From: Chiloscyllium plagiosum
Taxonomy: Eukaryota
Reading direction: 5' to 3'
DNA length: 49,567 bases
Assembly (NCBI RefSeq): GCF_004010195.1
Contig: NC_057751.1
Span: forward strand, 3,906,208 to 3,955,774
A model generated the notes under the pieces. That model was given only the letters and a program-made list of their open reading frames with translations, was not told the origin of the DNA and did no database searches. A program made the position numbers and the translations under genes. Shown piece after piece: positions 11,637 to 24,304 of this stretch (its first letter is position 1; every line of letters starts with the position of its first letter).

Positions 11637-12657
11637 CAGACGTTTTGTCCCCTGTCTAGGTGACATCCTCAGTGCTTGGGAGCCTCCTGTGAAGCGCTTC
11701 TGTGATGTTTCCTCCGGCATTTATAGTGGCCTGTCTCTGCCGCTTCCGGTTGTCAGTTCCAGCTGTCCGCTGTAGTAACCGGTATATTGGGTCCAGGTCG
11801 ATGTGTTTGTTGATCGAGTCTGTGGATGAGTGCCATGCCTCCAGGAATTCCCTGGCTGTTCTCTGTTTGGCTTGCCCTATAATGGTAGTGTTGTCCCAAT
11901 CGAATTCATGTTGCTTGTCATCTGCGTGTGTGGCTAAGGATAGCTGGTCGTGTCGTTTCATGGCTAGTTGGTGTTCATGAATGCGGATCATTAGCTGTCT
12001 TCCTGTTTGTCCTATGTAGTGTTTTATGCAGTCCTTGCACGGGATTTTGTACACTACATTGGTTTTGCTCATGCTGGGTATCAGGTCCTTCGTTCTGGTG
12101 AGTTGTTGTCTGAGAGTGGCTGTTGGTTTGTGTGCTGTTATGAGTCCTCGTGGTCGCAGTAGTCTGGCTGTCAGTTCGGATGTATGGTAGTGTGGCTAAT
12201 CCTTTGGGTTGCGGCATGTCCTCGTTCTGTTGGACAACCATGGCATCCATGAACACCAACTAGCCACGAAACGACACAAACAGCTATCCTTAGTAGCCAC
12301 ACACGCAGATGACAAGCAACATGAATTCGACTAGGACAACACTACTATTATAGGACAAGCCAATCAGAGAACAGCCAGGGAATTCCTAGAGGCGTGGCAT
12401 TCATCCACAGATTCAATCAATAAGCACATCGACCTGGACCCAATATATCGGCAACTGCAATGGACGGCTGGAACTGACAACCGGAAGCAGCAGATACAAA
12501 TCACTATAAATGCCGGAGGAAACATCACAGAAGCGCTTCACAGGAGGCTCCCAAGCACTGAGGATGTCACCTAGACAGGGGACGAAACATCTCTACGCAA
12601 ATTCCCAGCTCGGCAAACAACAACGAGCACCCGAGCTACAAATCTTCTCACAAACTC
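11637..12657. mobile_element. Poseidon-like PLE insertion with inverted arms (minus arm 11637-~12235, plus arm ~12243-12657)
   Basis: Minus ORF 11656-12072 is a GIY-YIG endonuclease (NVVYKIPCKDC..HYIGQTGR.L..RIHEH). The plus arm repeats the 3' part inverted. Flanking duplication tgcagtataa at 11627-11636 and 12658-12667. Confidence 0.9.
12555..12594 (+). ncRNA. Minimal hammerhead ribozyme motif (Poseidon family)
   Basis: gca-CTGAGGA-t-gtcacct-agac-aggggac-GAAAC-atc. A mirror copy lies on the minus strand at ~11637-11675, with GAAA mutated. Confidence 0.75.
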
Positions 12658-14880
12658 TGCAGTATAAGACCAGGGAAAATCAAACAGTTGGGAGGACAAC
12701 TGCCAAGGCCCAGCGCGTAAACAGATGCTTGAAAACAGCTCTCTCTTAAAAGTCCCTTTTCGATCAGTAACCTGCAATGCAGTATTTCCTAACAAGGAGA
12801 AAAGACGACACAGGAAGATCCAAAGACAAGAACCTATTGCTGCCTGGTTTTGAGATAAGAAATGTTGTTTTGTAAATTTTAATTGGGAGTTTTATCGGAC
12901 TAGTATTATAGAAGAGAAGCTAAAAGATAGGTTAGAGAAAGAAATTGTAAATAGTGGTCAGTTAATTATTCTCTGTTGTACTTTAAGAAATAAAGTTGTT
13001 AATTTTTACTTTAAATCGTTCTTGGCCACTTGATTTTTAACTACACAGGATAAATCCTTGCTTTAACTTGAGCAGGAGGGTTTACCCTGTGTCATAACAC
13101 AGATAGATTCTTAATAAGCAAGGGGTAGGCAGGAATGTGGTTAAGAGGTATCAGATCAGCCCGGATCTTATTGAATGACGGAGCAGGCTCAAGTGGATGA
13201 AGAGCCTCCTCCTGCTCTTTGCTTGTATGTTTGACTGGAAATATCTGAGCTTTGAAGACACACTTACTCTCCAGTAATTGTTCAGTGATTGTTATAATAC
13301 GCCATAAGCTATCAAATAATGGAAGGGGGTTACACTAAACTGAAAACATCAAAGCACAAAATTAAGGCACTGGAATTCCTGGCATCCAATTTGTAAATGG
13401 CAAGAGCAAGAAAACATGTCTTAGCTATTCATTTCTCCACCAGGAGAAATTTTATTCAATTCAAACTGCATGGAGATGGGAAAGCAGGTCAGCCTCCAAC
13501 TTTTGAAGAAAATTCATCTCTCAATGAACTAATTCAACCAATATATAATATGATACTGTACAGGTTGCTTGGATGGATCAAGACCTAAGTCACAGGGGAC
13601 AGGTTGGACTAAGTTGGAGCTTAATCTGCAAGGAAACTATAATTGAATTTGGAGCGCAAAATTCAGTGAGTGACGTTTCTATCATTAAGGTTAACAAGTT
13701 TAAGTATTTCCAGGCCCCTCAGACTGAACCATGTCATGGTGCAGCCATTTCATTGTGCACTTTCTCCTTTCAAGAGAAAGCACTCTCACCTCCCTGTGCT
13801 CAGTTAAAGATAAGATCGCAGAAAGTAATTGCTTAAGGGTCACTTGAAAAGATTGATTTTCCTCTGACACAGAATTTCAATATTACTGCTTTGCTCAATG
13901 ACATTTTCTGAAGCAAACAGTCCAATGGAGTATCCACTTTTTGAAAAAAAAATGTGTGCTCTGGCCCACCAAATCTTCTCATTTGCATTCCAGAACTTTG
14001 CATGTTACCCTGCAAAGAACAGTGGTTTATTTTCAAATGTAAGTATTTGTTTCAAAAAATATTATCTTAGTCATACATGACTAATAGCCTGGAGAAATCA
14101 TCCTTTTCTTGTGTTCATTCAAGGTATGTGGCTATCTCTGGCTGCACCTGCATTTATTGCCCATCAAATAATTCACCTTGAAAAGTTTGTGGTGATCTGC
14201 CCTCCTGAACTGTTGCAGTTCATTAGGTACACCTACAGAAGCACTCAAAACTCAAGGAGGCTAGGATATAGGGAGGTGACTTGGGGGCAAAACATTGGTT
14301 GCAGAACACAAGGGAGGTGAGAGAGAAAGGTGGTTGCTCCAGTTCGAAAGTGAGATGGAGGCTGCAAAGGCAGAGAAGAGAGATGGATGGTGCAAAAGAA
14401 AGAGAGAACAGTTTCAGATCTTTCAACAAAGGAACACTCAGTTAAGTTGGAGTTAGGAAATCTTGAAATCACAAAGGTAATGAACTCATTCCAAATGAAT
14501 GTGCTATTGACATCTTAAAGTTGCGCAAGTTCAGGAATTAGTCTTTGGGGAAGAACTTAGTGGATGCAATTGTTATGAACACCACACCAAGTGTCAAATT
14601 TAAATTTGAAATGCAGTAAATAGGGAAGTGAATGTCTCATTAAAATGATTCAGCTCTGTATTTGTGATGGAAACACATTAGCTGTGACCTTACCAGTCCA
14701 TGGAAGATACGTCTAAGGTCATAGTTTTATACGTGCAGAAATACGTGCAGCTTTTTTTCAAAAATTCACAAACTTATGTCTGTTGTCTTGTGCCATTTTA
14801 AAAATTGTAGTATCAAGAAAATTATTCCTTTCCTTTATGTGTTATAGTTTTAAGCTCAATGGAGTTGATAATTATTGAGG

Positions 14881-14979
14881 AGAAAGTGAGGTCTGCAGAT
14901 GCTGGAGATCAGAGATGGAAATGTGTTGCTGGAACAGGAGAATCGACGTTTCGGGCATTAGCCCTTCTTCAGGAAATTA
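14881..14979 (-). mobile_element. ~100-bp hammerhead-bearing PLE mini-insertion (family A)
   Basis: Intact core on the minus strand (ttc-CTGAAGA-agggc-taat-gccc-GAAAC-GTC, 14941-14976) with an internal deletion. Perfect 16-bp TSD ttgataattattgagg at 14865-14880 and 14980-14995. Confidence 0.9.
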
Positions 14980-16129
14980 TTGATAATTATTGAGGCTATT
15001 AACAAATTCTTCTAAACCTGTTTTTTTCCAGAGTCCAAATACATCAAAAATTTCAATACAAATGCAGAAATACTGTTACTATTTGACTGCAGCATACATT
15101 AAAAAATTTGTTGAGAATGAAAGCAAAGCGCCTGAAAACTGCAAGTATTGGGTGTCAGGGTTCTTTAAAAACTGAACTTAACTCGTATTTACTGTGTAGC
15201 ATGGGAATTCATTTGACAGCTATTACAGCAACACATACCCAAATTTGAGAATTTGAAAATGAAGGGAAGAATTACTACATTCACAGAGATCAGGATGCAC
15301 AGTGAAACAGCATCAACAATTTATCTGGTGCCAAATGCACCCTATTATCAATATGTTGTTTTTGAAAATAGGATGTATTTGTTCTTAAAAAGAACAGTAA
15401 GCTAACCTTTAGACAAAGGTAGGCAAGTGGGAAAAGATCATCCATTGTCATCAGTGGCAGCCCACAGTCACTGGCCAAAAGGGATTTGGCACTGAATCAA
15501 CAGAGCACTGATGAGCAACTCCCAAAAGGTATGTTAACAGGGATAGACGGGAGGAATAAGCAAGAACAGGGGCTACAACCGACTATCTTCTTGAGGGAAG
15601 ACCAGGAGTTCCCAGAGAGAAGAACTAAGATAGCTGCCACCAAAAATTATGAAGAAAGACTGCAAGACATTACCTTAATTCTACAGAACAGCTTTGGGAG
15701 AAATGAAACATTCTCAATCATCTAATAACTAATTAACAATTAAGCTGTTGCTTCTTAATAAACTCAGTAAACTACTGGAAAATTACTTCAAGTTGTCAAC
15801 AGCTTACATTAGGTATTTGTAATTGTGAACACACACCTTAAAATGAACATCAAATCGGCCGTGAAAATAAAAATAAAAACATAGACCTTGAGGGGAACCC
15901 TCAAAACAAAAATTTTTACCCTGACCATAATGCTGTTAAAAAGGGAATTCTAGGGTTTGACCCAGTCACAGTGAAGGAATGACAACGGAGTTCAATATCA
16001 AGATGGAATGTAGAAGTTGAAGGTGTTTCCTTTTTGAGTTTCCAAATCAACTCTCCATTCTTCACTTTATTCCAAAGTTCAGCAGACTTATTGGAGGGAC
16101 ACATGAAAGCCATGTCTGCTGATGTTTTT

Positions 16130-17060
16130 TATTAAATCATGACGTGTGTCACTATCTAAAACAGCATTTACTGCCCGTGAGAGTCAATTGTTTTCTTATG
16201 GGTCTGGAGTCAATTGTGGGTGCGAACAGGTAAGAATGGCAGATCGAGCATAAACACAAGGAAGTGATGCTGCACCCCTACCAATCATTAGTCAGACTAC
16301 ACTTGGTTTAATGTGTTCATTTCTGGGCATCTTACTTAAGAAAGATTGTCAAAGCCCTGGAGAGAGTGCAAAAGAGATTTACTAGACGATACCAGAAATG
16401 AGGGATTTTTGATACATAGAAAGACAATAGAAATTCGTCTTAATCTCCTTGGAGCAGAGAGGATTAAGAGGTGACCTCACTGAGTTGTTCAAAATTATGA
16501 ACAACGTTGACACTGTAAAGACGCATATTCTGCTTCCAGCTAGTTGGTATGTCACAATTTCATAACTGCCAGCAAGAGGGCCAGGAATGAGATGGGGAGA
16601 AACTTCTTCACTCAGAGAGTTGTTCAAATTTGGAATCCACTGTCTGGGAGAGTGATGGAAGTGGATTCCATCGGAGATTTCAAAAGAGAGCTGGATATTT
16701 GTTGAAAGATGTGTTTTGAGGGCTTTGGAGATATGGCTGGAGAACAGGAATATCTGGTCGGCATGGACGGGTTGGACCGAAGGGTCTGTTTCCATGCTGT
16801 ACATCTCTATGACTCTTTGACTCTACGGTACAGACACAATGAGTCAAAAGGCCTCCTTCTACACTGTCAAATTCTATGATTCGATTTCCTTCCCTGAAGG
16901 ACATTCGTGAACCAAATAAGTTTTCTTTCACAGCTGACAATGGTTTCTTAATTGCCATTATGCTCATTACTTATTTCATATATTTTGTTGAATTCACGTA
17001 TGCACCACGGTGGGATTTGAACCCATGTCCCCAGAACATAGGCCCAGGGTTCTGAATTAC
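16130..17060. mobile_element. Minus-strand tRNA-headed SINE split by a plus-strand CR1 fragment (~16245-16880)
   Basis: SINE sequence aggtaagaatggcagat resumes as ttccttccctgaagga after the CR1. The CR1 shows LERVQKRFTR.IP. The same SINE family occurs at ~18700-19065. Confidence 0.7.
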
Positions 17061-18699
17061 ACTTGTACCTCTGTCCTTCTATTTCAGAGGTCATGCTAAC
17101 GGGAAGCTTTGGAAGTTACCTTGAAGTGGACAGACCACAGTCACAATGTGCCAGTGCCAGCCTCGTTAAGTGAGTGGTTAAGAACCTAAGAAATACAACA
17201 AGAATCTTCAGCCCTTCAAAACTGTTTTGCCATTTAATGCAATCAGGGTGAACATCTACCTCAACTTGACCTTACTATAAACACATGGGTTCCTTTGTCC
17301 TTTGGAGCAGTGTCTTGATGTTTTAGAATTGCAAAGAACCTCATGCAACTTAAGATGAAATTCAAAAATTTTATTGTGAGTACTGTGGTTGAAGATCTAT
17401 GAAGATCTGCCAGTGTTCCGACATGCTTTCTACAAAGTTGATTGAATCAACAGACTTTTTAAGTTCTCCTCAGAAGCCTGCCCAGATCTTGGTTGGGGAT
17501 GGTGGGGTTATTCATTGGTATAAAACATCTCTCTCTCTACCTCGACAATTACAGAAAAAACACAAAATATCTCGAGTGGAATGCAACTGAGGAGCAAAAG
17601 AAGGCAAACCCTTACAATTTTTATGAAAGCACAGAGTCCCATATGCACCACCTGCCTGCACTTGGTCCATATCACTCCAAACATTTCTTATTCATGTACT
17701 TATCCAAATATCTTTTCAATGTTGTAATAGTACTTGCATTCATCATTTCCTCTGGAAGTTAATTCCACCACACAAACCACTCTGTGAAAAATCTCAATAT
17801 TTTATTCTGATAGTTCACACAGAACTACAAACCAAAAATCTCAAAAATATCATTGCAGACATCATTGAGAGAATCAAACAATAAAGAAGAGGGCCACTCG
17901 GCTCATCACAACTGTTCTGGATCATTCAACGAGCAATTCAATTGTTATTCTGTCATTAAAATTTCATATTTAATAATTTTGTGGATTGAACTGGAATTAT
18001 TGTGGGCACCTGGACTTCTCTTTCCAAAAGAGGTCACTGAAAAGGCTTTCAAACTTTTTTGTTCTAATTTCTCAGTACTCTCTTCTGATAACGCCTTGTT
18101 TACTGGAGATGATCGACTTCAGTTCCAGTTGATAAATCAGGTTCCAATTTCTGCTCTGGATATTGTTCTGGAGGTGTTTGGGAAAAGTCTGTTAAAAGAA
18201 AAGCTTCCAAGTTCAGCTCTCTTTTTTTCTGGAAAAGAAGATTCCTAAATGACTGCTTCAACAAAGATCTCTCCAGAAAATTGCAGGTGTTTAGTGACGT
18301 CTATCTTTGGAAGCCAGAACTCAGACTGACAGCCATTGGAACAATACAAACCTTCGACCTTTTACCTTCCAGAACAAAGACTTATTGGCCAAAAGTGCAT
18401 TTTTTCCCAGTCTCTGCGGACAGAAAACAATTTTCAACCTCCGAGTTCGTGTGTGTTTTTGACTTATTAGGAGGAATAAAGATTTATGTTTTTATATTGC
18501 AAACAAAGTATACTTTGCTAAATCATCGAATATGTTTTGATCTTCAATAAAGCAACAATTTTAATGTTCATTAAACAATTTATTACTAGTGTAATAGCAT
18601 AGGTTTGGCCACATCAGGAACAGGTAAAACAATTATATTTATGTAATAGATGATTTATGGAACTAAAGAAAGAAAATGCACTTCTCCCATCTCAATAGG

Positions 18700-19065
18700 A
18701 ACATGCCATCGGCAAGGCCAGCAGTTGTTACTCACCCCTAATTTCCCTGGAACTGCATTACCATTATGTCATTTCAGAGGGCACTTCAGAGTCAACTAAA
18801 TTGTTATGGGTCTAGAGTCACATGTACGTCAAACGAAGTAAGGATGGCAAATTTCTTTATCTGCAGGTCACTGATGAACCAGATAAGTTTTGCTGCCAAT
18901 CGATGACTGTTTCATGGTCATCATGAATGAGACTATTTTTATATTTCAGATTGATGAACTGAATTCAAATTCTACCAGCTGCTGCGAGAAATCTGAACCC
19001 ATGTCATGACAGCATTCGTTAGGACCTCAGGATTACTAGCAAAAATAATCCAACACTGCCATCTC
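18700..19065 (-). mobile_element. tRNA-headed SINE sharing a LINE 3' tail
   Basis: Collinear with the halves of 16130-17060. Its tail matches 14115-14225 and 32995-33150 (minus) and ~35170-35240 (plus). Confidence 0.6.
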
Positions 19066-19786
19066 CCCAAAATTCAATTTATCCTAATTACTTGTCTGCT
19101 TCAAGTGAAGATGCAATTTCTTACTGTCGTTGCTGGTAAAGCTGTTCCTGCAACACTTTCAGGCCTTCAAGATCCAAACTTGCTGCATTATAAAAAACTC
19201 ACCTCTGCTTCTTTTGCCAATGCTCTTTGTTGTGTATCCTCCAGTTATTGGCTGTTGCACCCTATTCATTTCATCAGCACATGCGAACAATGGCAGGACA
19301 AGGTTTGATTCACCCCACCACAGATGTTATCATCTGTCCTACGATGCTCAAGAAATTATTTCACAAGAGTTGTGTTGCAGGAACAAGTAAATGCTTCTCC
19401 CTCTGGTGTTTCCATAGATACAGCTGAGGTATTCTAAGTTACAGGGTTAGAAGCTGCAGGAACATCCATTTCACTCCACACAGTATGACTCATTTTATAT
19501 GCAGTAAACATAAGCCTGGGAATATCCACTTAAAGGAGAGAAGATGCACACAAACAGTCAGAAAACATCATGTGAAATACATAGTGTTACTGAGATTGAG
19601 CAGAGCTGGCAGCAGTAGAGCTACAGAATCAAGGATTCTGACAGCCCCATTATTTCTGTTTGTCCCTGTCCTGTGGAAGCTATTCTTCCTATCTTGACTT
19701 GATGTTTTCTCCCCTGTCCAATCATTCCCCAGTGCATCTGTGATTCTTTGACGCTTTATGTTGGTTTCAAAAATTTACAAAGTCAA

Positions 19787-20305
19787 ATGTGTGGTGCTGG
19801 AAAAGGTCAGCAGGTCATGCAGCACCCGAAGACCAGGAGAATCACTGTTTCGGGCATCAGCCCTTCATCAGAAATTTCCAGTTTGCAGGCAGCAGCTGCC
19901 TCCTCTTTACCAGGGAAATGCAGCTCCATCCCCCATCAGGATTGTCTCAGGCATCCCCATTTCTTCCTGGAAAGAAAGCCTGAAGCACGTCCATATACTA
20001 CTACTTCCTCCAGCTGGCTGAGCTTGTCCTCGGTTTGACCAACTTCTCCTTCAGCTCATCTCACTTTCTGAAACATGTGGCCATGGGTACCCACTTATGT
20101 TCATCTCTTTGTGGGGTATGTGGAACATTCATTGTTCCAATCTTCCCCAGGCCCTACCCCTTAATACTTTCTCCAGTACATCAATGGTATTGCTGATGCT
20201 ACTTCCCTCCCTCGTTTTGAACTGGTAAAATTTATCAATTTTTTTTCCAGTTTCACCAGTAGTATGTTTTGTTTCAGGTCTCCAGCATCTGCAGTTCTCT
20301 GTTTT
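19787..20305. mobile_element. Family A hammerhead mini-element (minus, 19787-19876) joined to a decayed plus-strand PLE RT fragment
   Basis: Minus strand CTGATGA-agggc-tgat-gccc-GAAAC. Downstream plus-strand NFSF, VAMGT and LFVGYVEHSLF remnants, then a tccagcatctgcag tail. Confidence 0.7.
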
Positions 20306-21583
20306 ATGTGATTGAATCAAATGCTGATTGGTAACAGGTTTAGGGCAGCACCACCCTAAGACTGCCAACCCACCACGATTGCCTTGGTTGTCTAGGAATT
20401 CAGGACTAATGGATGGTCACTGGCATGGAGTAAAGAGTTAATTCCATCTTTAATAACAGCAACCTGAGCCATGCACAAGGCACCATGTTTTGGTGATGTC
20501 AGATGACATGGAATTGGAAACTGAATCTGCAACATTCCGAAAGCCATCTCTTCTTATTCCTAGCGTTTCATTACATTCATAAAACTAATTAATGTTCAAT
20601 CATCTGAGCGCAAAAGTGAACTTACAGCTTGGTGAAATCAAGGAGAAACAATAAAAGGAGAACATTTCTCCGTTTTATTTTCATTTTCTTTATCAATTGT
20701 AGAAATATGTTAGATGGAGAAAAAGGGCTGCTTGACTGTCAGGGAGGGAGAATTGAGTTTTGGTCAGGTGATGAAATCTCCTCTCCAACAAGAGTTTGCA
20801 GCCCAGGTTTCACAAAGTACAAGATGCCACATTTCTAGGATTGTCAATTTCTCAAATCCATTGACACTGTGCAAAACAGGAACATGCAGAAATTCACTGA
20901 AACTGAACTATTCAGGCGGTCTAGTTCCCCACAATAGGCTAGTATCTGTTCAGCCTGCAGTGCGTTCTTTGATAATGTCAATATCACGCAGTTAGCAGCA
21001 CATAATGTGATCTTTCATTAGGACTAAGGAACAAAAATAGGCTGTTCCATCATTCAGGTTAAAATTGTGATCTCAACATATCTGTCCTCAGAGATCAACA
21101 CAAATTTGTACCGTACCAGAAGAATTTCAACCCAAATAATCCCCAATCCTTCACAGAACTGCAATTTGTGTGCATCTCTGCAACATCTTTAACTGAATGC
21201 AGAGCATGCCCCAATGTTTTTCTATTTCAAATTGCATAACACATGCAAACACACATCTATATTGCTGCTACACCACAGTGGAACATCACTCCTATCACAA
21301 TTAGTTGTCCTTATTTTAAAGTCACAGAAAAATATAGTGGCAACAAAGAACATGCATTAAAAATCAATAAATATTCAATTAGGTGGAACTTATGGCAAAA
21401 GGTTTCTTGAAACCCACTGAGGAAGCATTCATTCTTTGAACAAGCCAGATTGGCAGTAATTCTACAATTGAGCATTAAATGTATCTCAGCTATCAGATAT
21501 ACTGACAGTACTGACAATATAAACTTCTCACGACAGTCAATTGCGAAGTACAACTGAACAGGCAGAAAAAGCCATTTAAAAAG

Positions 21584-21835
21584 GGTGACACAATGGCTCA
21601 GTGGTTAGCACTGCGGCCACACAGCACCAGAGGCCCGGGTTCGATTCCAGCCTCAGGCAACTGTCTGTGTGGAGTTTACACATTCTCCCCGTGCCTGTGC
21701 GGGTGTGCTCCAGTTTCCTTCCACAATCCAAACGATATGCAGGTTAGGTGAATTAGCCATGCTAAATTGCCCATAATGTTCAGGGATGTATAGTTTAGGT
21801 GCCAGAGTCGGGGTAAATGAAGGGGAATGGGTCTG
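21584..21835 (+). mobile_element. HE1-type SINE, 3'-truncated
   Basis: A box tggctcagtgg, B box gggttcgattcc, body matching 38184-38505. Confidence 0.85.
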
Positions 21836-22354
21836 ACAAAGAAAATCTGTGCTGCATTTATTAAAATCATAGTAGATAATAATTTAAATTAATTAGAAGG
21901 AATCAAGTGCTTTGAGTTTTTCATCTAATCATTCATGAAAACCTGGAAAAGCAACCAGTATCTTCACTGCTGGCAACTGACATGCATATACCCAGTTTTA
22001 GCTTCTTAAAATGACCATTTAATCATATGCCCACTCCAACGTGATAAATATTCAATGATAATTTTTTTCTCAGCTTCCTTTTGAAGACTTGCAAAATTGC
22101 TGCTGGATCATACAATGCATGGAAAATAGCAAAGTGTGGTTTTCCAAATTATATTGCATAATAAGACTCACAAGTTGCTCACTGCAATTTCAACTGGCGG
22201 GGAAGAGGGAAGAAGCCAGCTTTGCATGTTTCCAGAGAAATCAAACTGAGGACTGAAAAAGAGAGAGTTAAACACTTAGAAAAGAGGACTGAGGGGATAC
22301 AAGCAAAGTCAATGGCGCAGGTCGGACCCAGGAATTGACAGATACATATACACA

Positions 22355-22959
22355 AGAATATAAGAATTAGGAGCACAGAGTTGACCATTTGGCCCTTCGA
22401 GCCTGCTCCACCATTCAATAAGATTATGGCTGGTCTTTGCGTGGCTTCAGCTCCACTTATCCATCCTTTCACCATAACCCTTAGTTCCTTTATTGTTTAA
22501 AGAATGATCTATCTTAACTTTAAAAACATTTGCCAAAAAAGCCTCAATCACTTCACTAAGCAGGGAATTCCATAGCTTCACAATTTGGTCCGAAATCTGC
22601 TCCCCCTAATTTTGAGGATACGCGCTCTTGTCCTCATTTCACCCACTCGTGGAAACATCCTCTCGACTTACTTCTTATCTATTCTCTTCATCATTTTGTG
22701 TGTTTCTATAAGATTCCCCTCATTCTTCGGAATTCCAATGAATATAATCCCAGTCTCCTCAGTCTCTCAACTCCAGAATTAACCGAGTGAACCTCCTCTA
22801 CAGCCCCTCTTTCTCAAGTAAAGAGACCAAAACTGCATGCAGTACTCCAGGTGTGGCCTCTCCAGCCCTCTATATATCTGCAACATAACCTTTCTGCTTT
22901 TAAATACAATCCCTTTAGCAATGAAAGACAAAATTCTATTTGCCTCGTTCATTACCTGT
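22355..22959 (-). mobile_element. CR1-type LINE 3' fragment running into the gap
   Basis: Typical tail (ataagaattaggagca...ggcccttcgagcctgctcc) and ORF2 remnant (RPHLEYCMQFWS on the minus strand). Confidence 0.85.
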
Positions 22960-23459
22960 NNNNNNNNNNNNNNNNNNNNNNNNNNNNNNNNNNNNNNNNN
23001 NNNNNNNNNNNNNNNNNNNNNNNNNNNNNNNNNNNNNNNNNNNNNNNNNNNNNNNNNNNNNNNNNNNNNNNNNNNNNNNNNNNNNNNNNNNNNNNNNNNN
23101 NNNNNNNNNNNNNNNNNNNNNNNNNNNNNNNNNNNNNNNNNNNNNNNNNNNNNNNNNNNNNNNNNNNNNNNNNNNNNNNNNNNNNNNNNNNNNNNNNNNN
23201 NNNNNNNNNNNNNNNNNNNNNNNNNNNNNNNNNNNNNNNNNNNNNNNNNNNNNNNNNNNNNNNNNNNNNNNNNNNNNNNNNNNNNNNNNNNNNNNNNNNN
23301 NNNNNNNNNNNNNNNNNNNNNNNNNNNNNNNNNNNNNNNNNNNNNNNNNNNNNNNNNNNNNNNNNNNNNNNNNNNNNNNNNNNNNNNNNNNNNNNNNNNN
23401 NNNNNNNNNNNNNNNNNNNNNNNNNNNNNNNNNNNNNNNNNNNNNNNNNNNNNNNNNNN
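22960..23459. other. Assembly gap (500 N)
   Basis: Run of N. The round length suggests a placeholder size. Confidence 0.99.
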
Positions 23460-24304
23460 TAAATATCAATTGAATTCTATTTTCTTGAATATATGCCTGC
23501 CATTCACACAATACTAGGAATAAAAAACTAAGCTTATTGAATTTTGGATATATTGCTAGCCTTGGCACAATACTCACATGACAAATTAAATGAACAAATG
23601 TGTCACATGGCAACACCAATTAGCATCAACTGTAGCAATCTGTGAGCTGTGAAAATGGTTTTATTACAGAAGGTATGCCAGGTCGCGCTTTTGTTCTGAA
23701 AAATGTGGTCTTGTGCAATAATAATTTTCAACCTTCTGTTTTAAATTGGCAACATCATTTGAGCATGTAATGTTAACCCACTACTTCTGGGAAACTCTTT
23801 AAAATTTCACAATTTGGAGAGAAGAAAGGCTCTCGGGATCTTGAACATGGATTGAACATCTTATCCACAGGGATGACAAGGATTCCCAGTATGAGTTATT
23901 ATCAAATGACAATCATGTATAAAGTGTCTGTCAGTACATTTTGTGAAATGGTTGGGTTAGGATGAGGCTCCACTGTGATAGCACATAAAAAACACTCATT
24001 CAGGCAAGAAACTGGGGGCCTGAAAAATTATACTGCTGAAGCAATGAATGGGGTGTGGACAGAACAATAGAAAGAATTTTTTTGGTAATTTTTGAGGGAT
24101 TTTGCAGGAACATCACTTGAATTTCTGACATTCATTTGCAAACTGTTAAAACTTTTAATTGATTAAAAACAGGCAACTCGGTTAATTATATATGAACATT
24201 GAGGAACATATCCTGTAAATGACATGATCAACTGTTCCTTAATGGATATCATCTATAGGCATGAAGGATAATTAGTTGAAGAACTATTTAATCCTGGGTT
24301 GAAT

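Larger units (their letters stand above)
11374..13099 (+). mobile_element. Solo LTR (paralog of 8432-9171), interrupted by a PLE
   Basis: Perfect terminal inverted TGTTATGA...TCATAACA and a 5-bp TSD cagat at 11369-11373 and 13100-13104. Confidence 0.9.
10870..13235 (+). mobile_element. CR1-type LINE 3' fragment interrupted by a solo LTR (CR1 parts 10870-11373 and 13100-13235)
   Basis: Decayed CR1 ORF2 end (LYKALV.. and QRR motifs). The 3' UTR resumes after 13104 (agattctt...gatcagcc...ggagcaggctc). Confidence 0.75.

Noticed and set aside
17800..18650. LTR-like stretch with 131-aa and 89-aa ORFs (similar impression at ~9900-10500 and ~39000-39730)
   Set aside because: The composition suggests old LTRs, but I could not establish termini or TSDs, and the ORFs show no recognisable motifs.
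20660..20770. Strong plus-strand splice acceptor at ~20702
   Set aside because: The donor is weak, no partner exons were found and the peptide is not recognisable.
22837..23619. Long ORFs of 177-227 aa
   Set aside because: Artefacts of translating through the 500-N gap.
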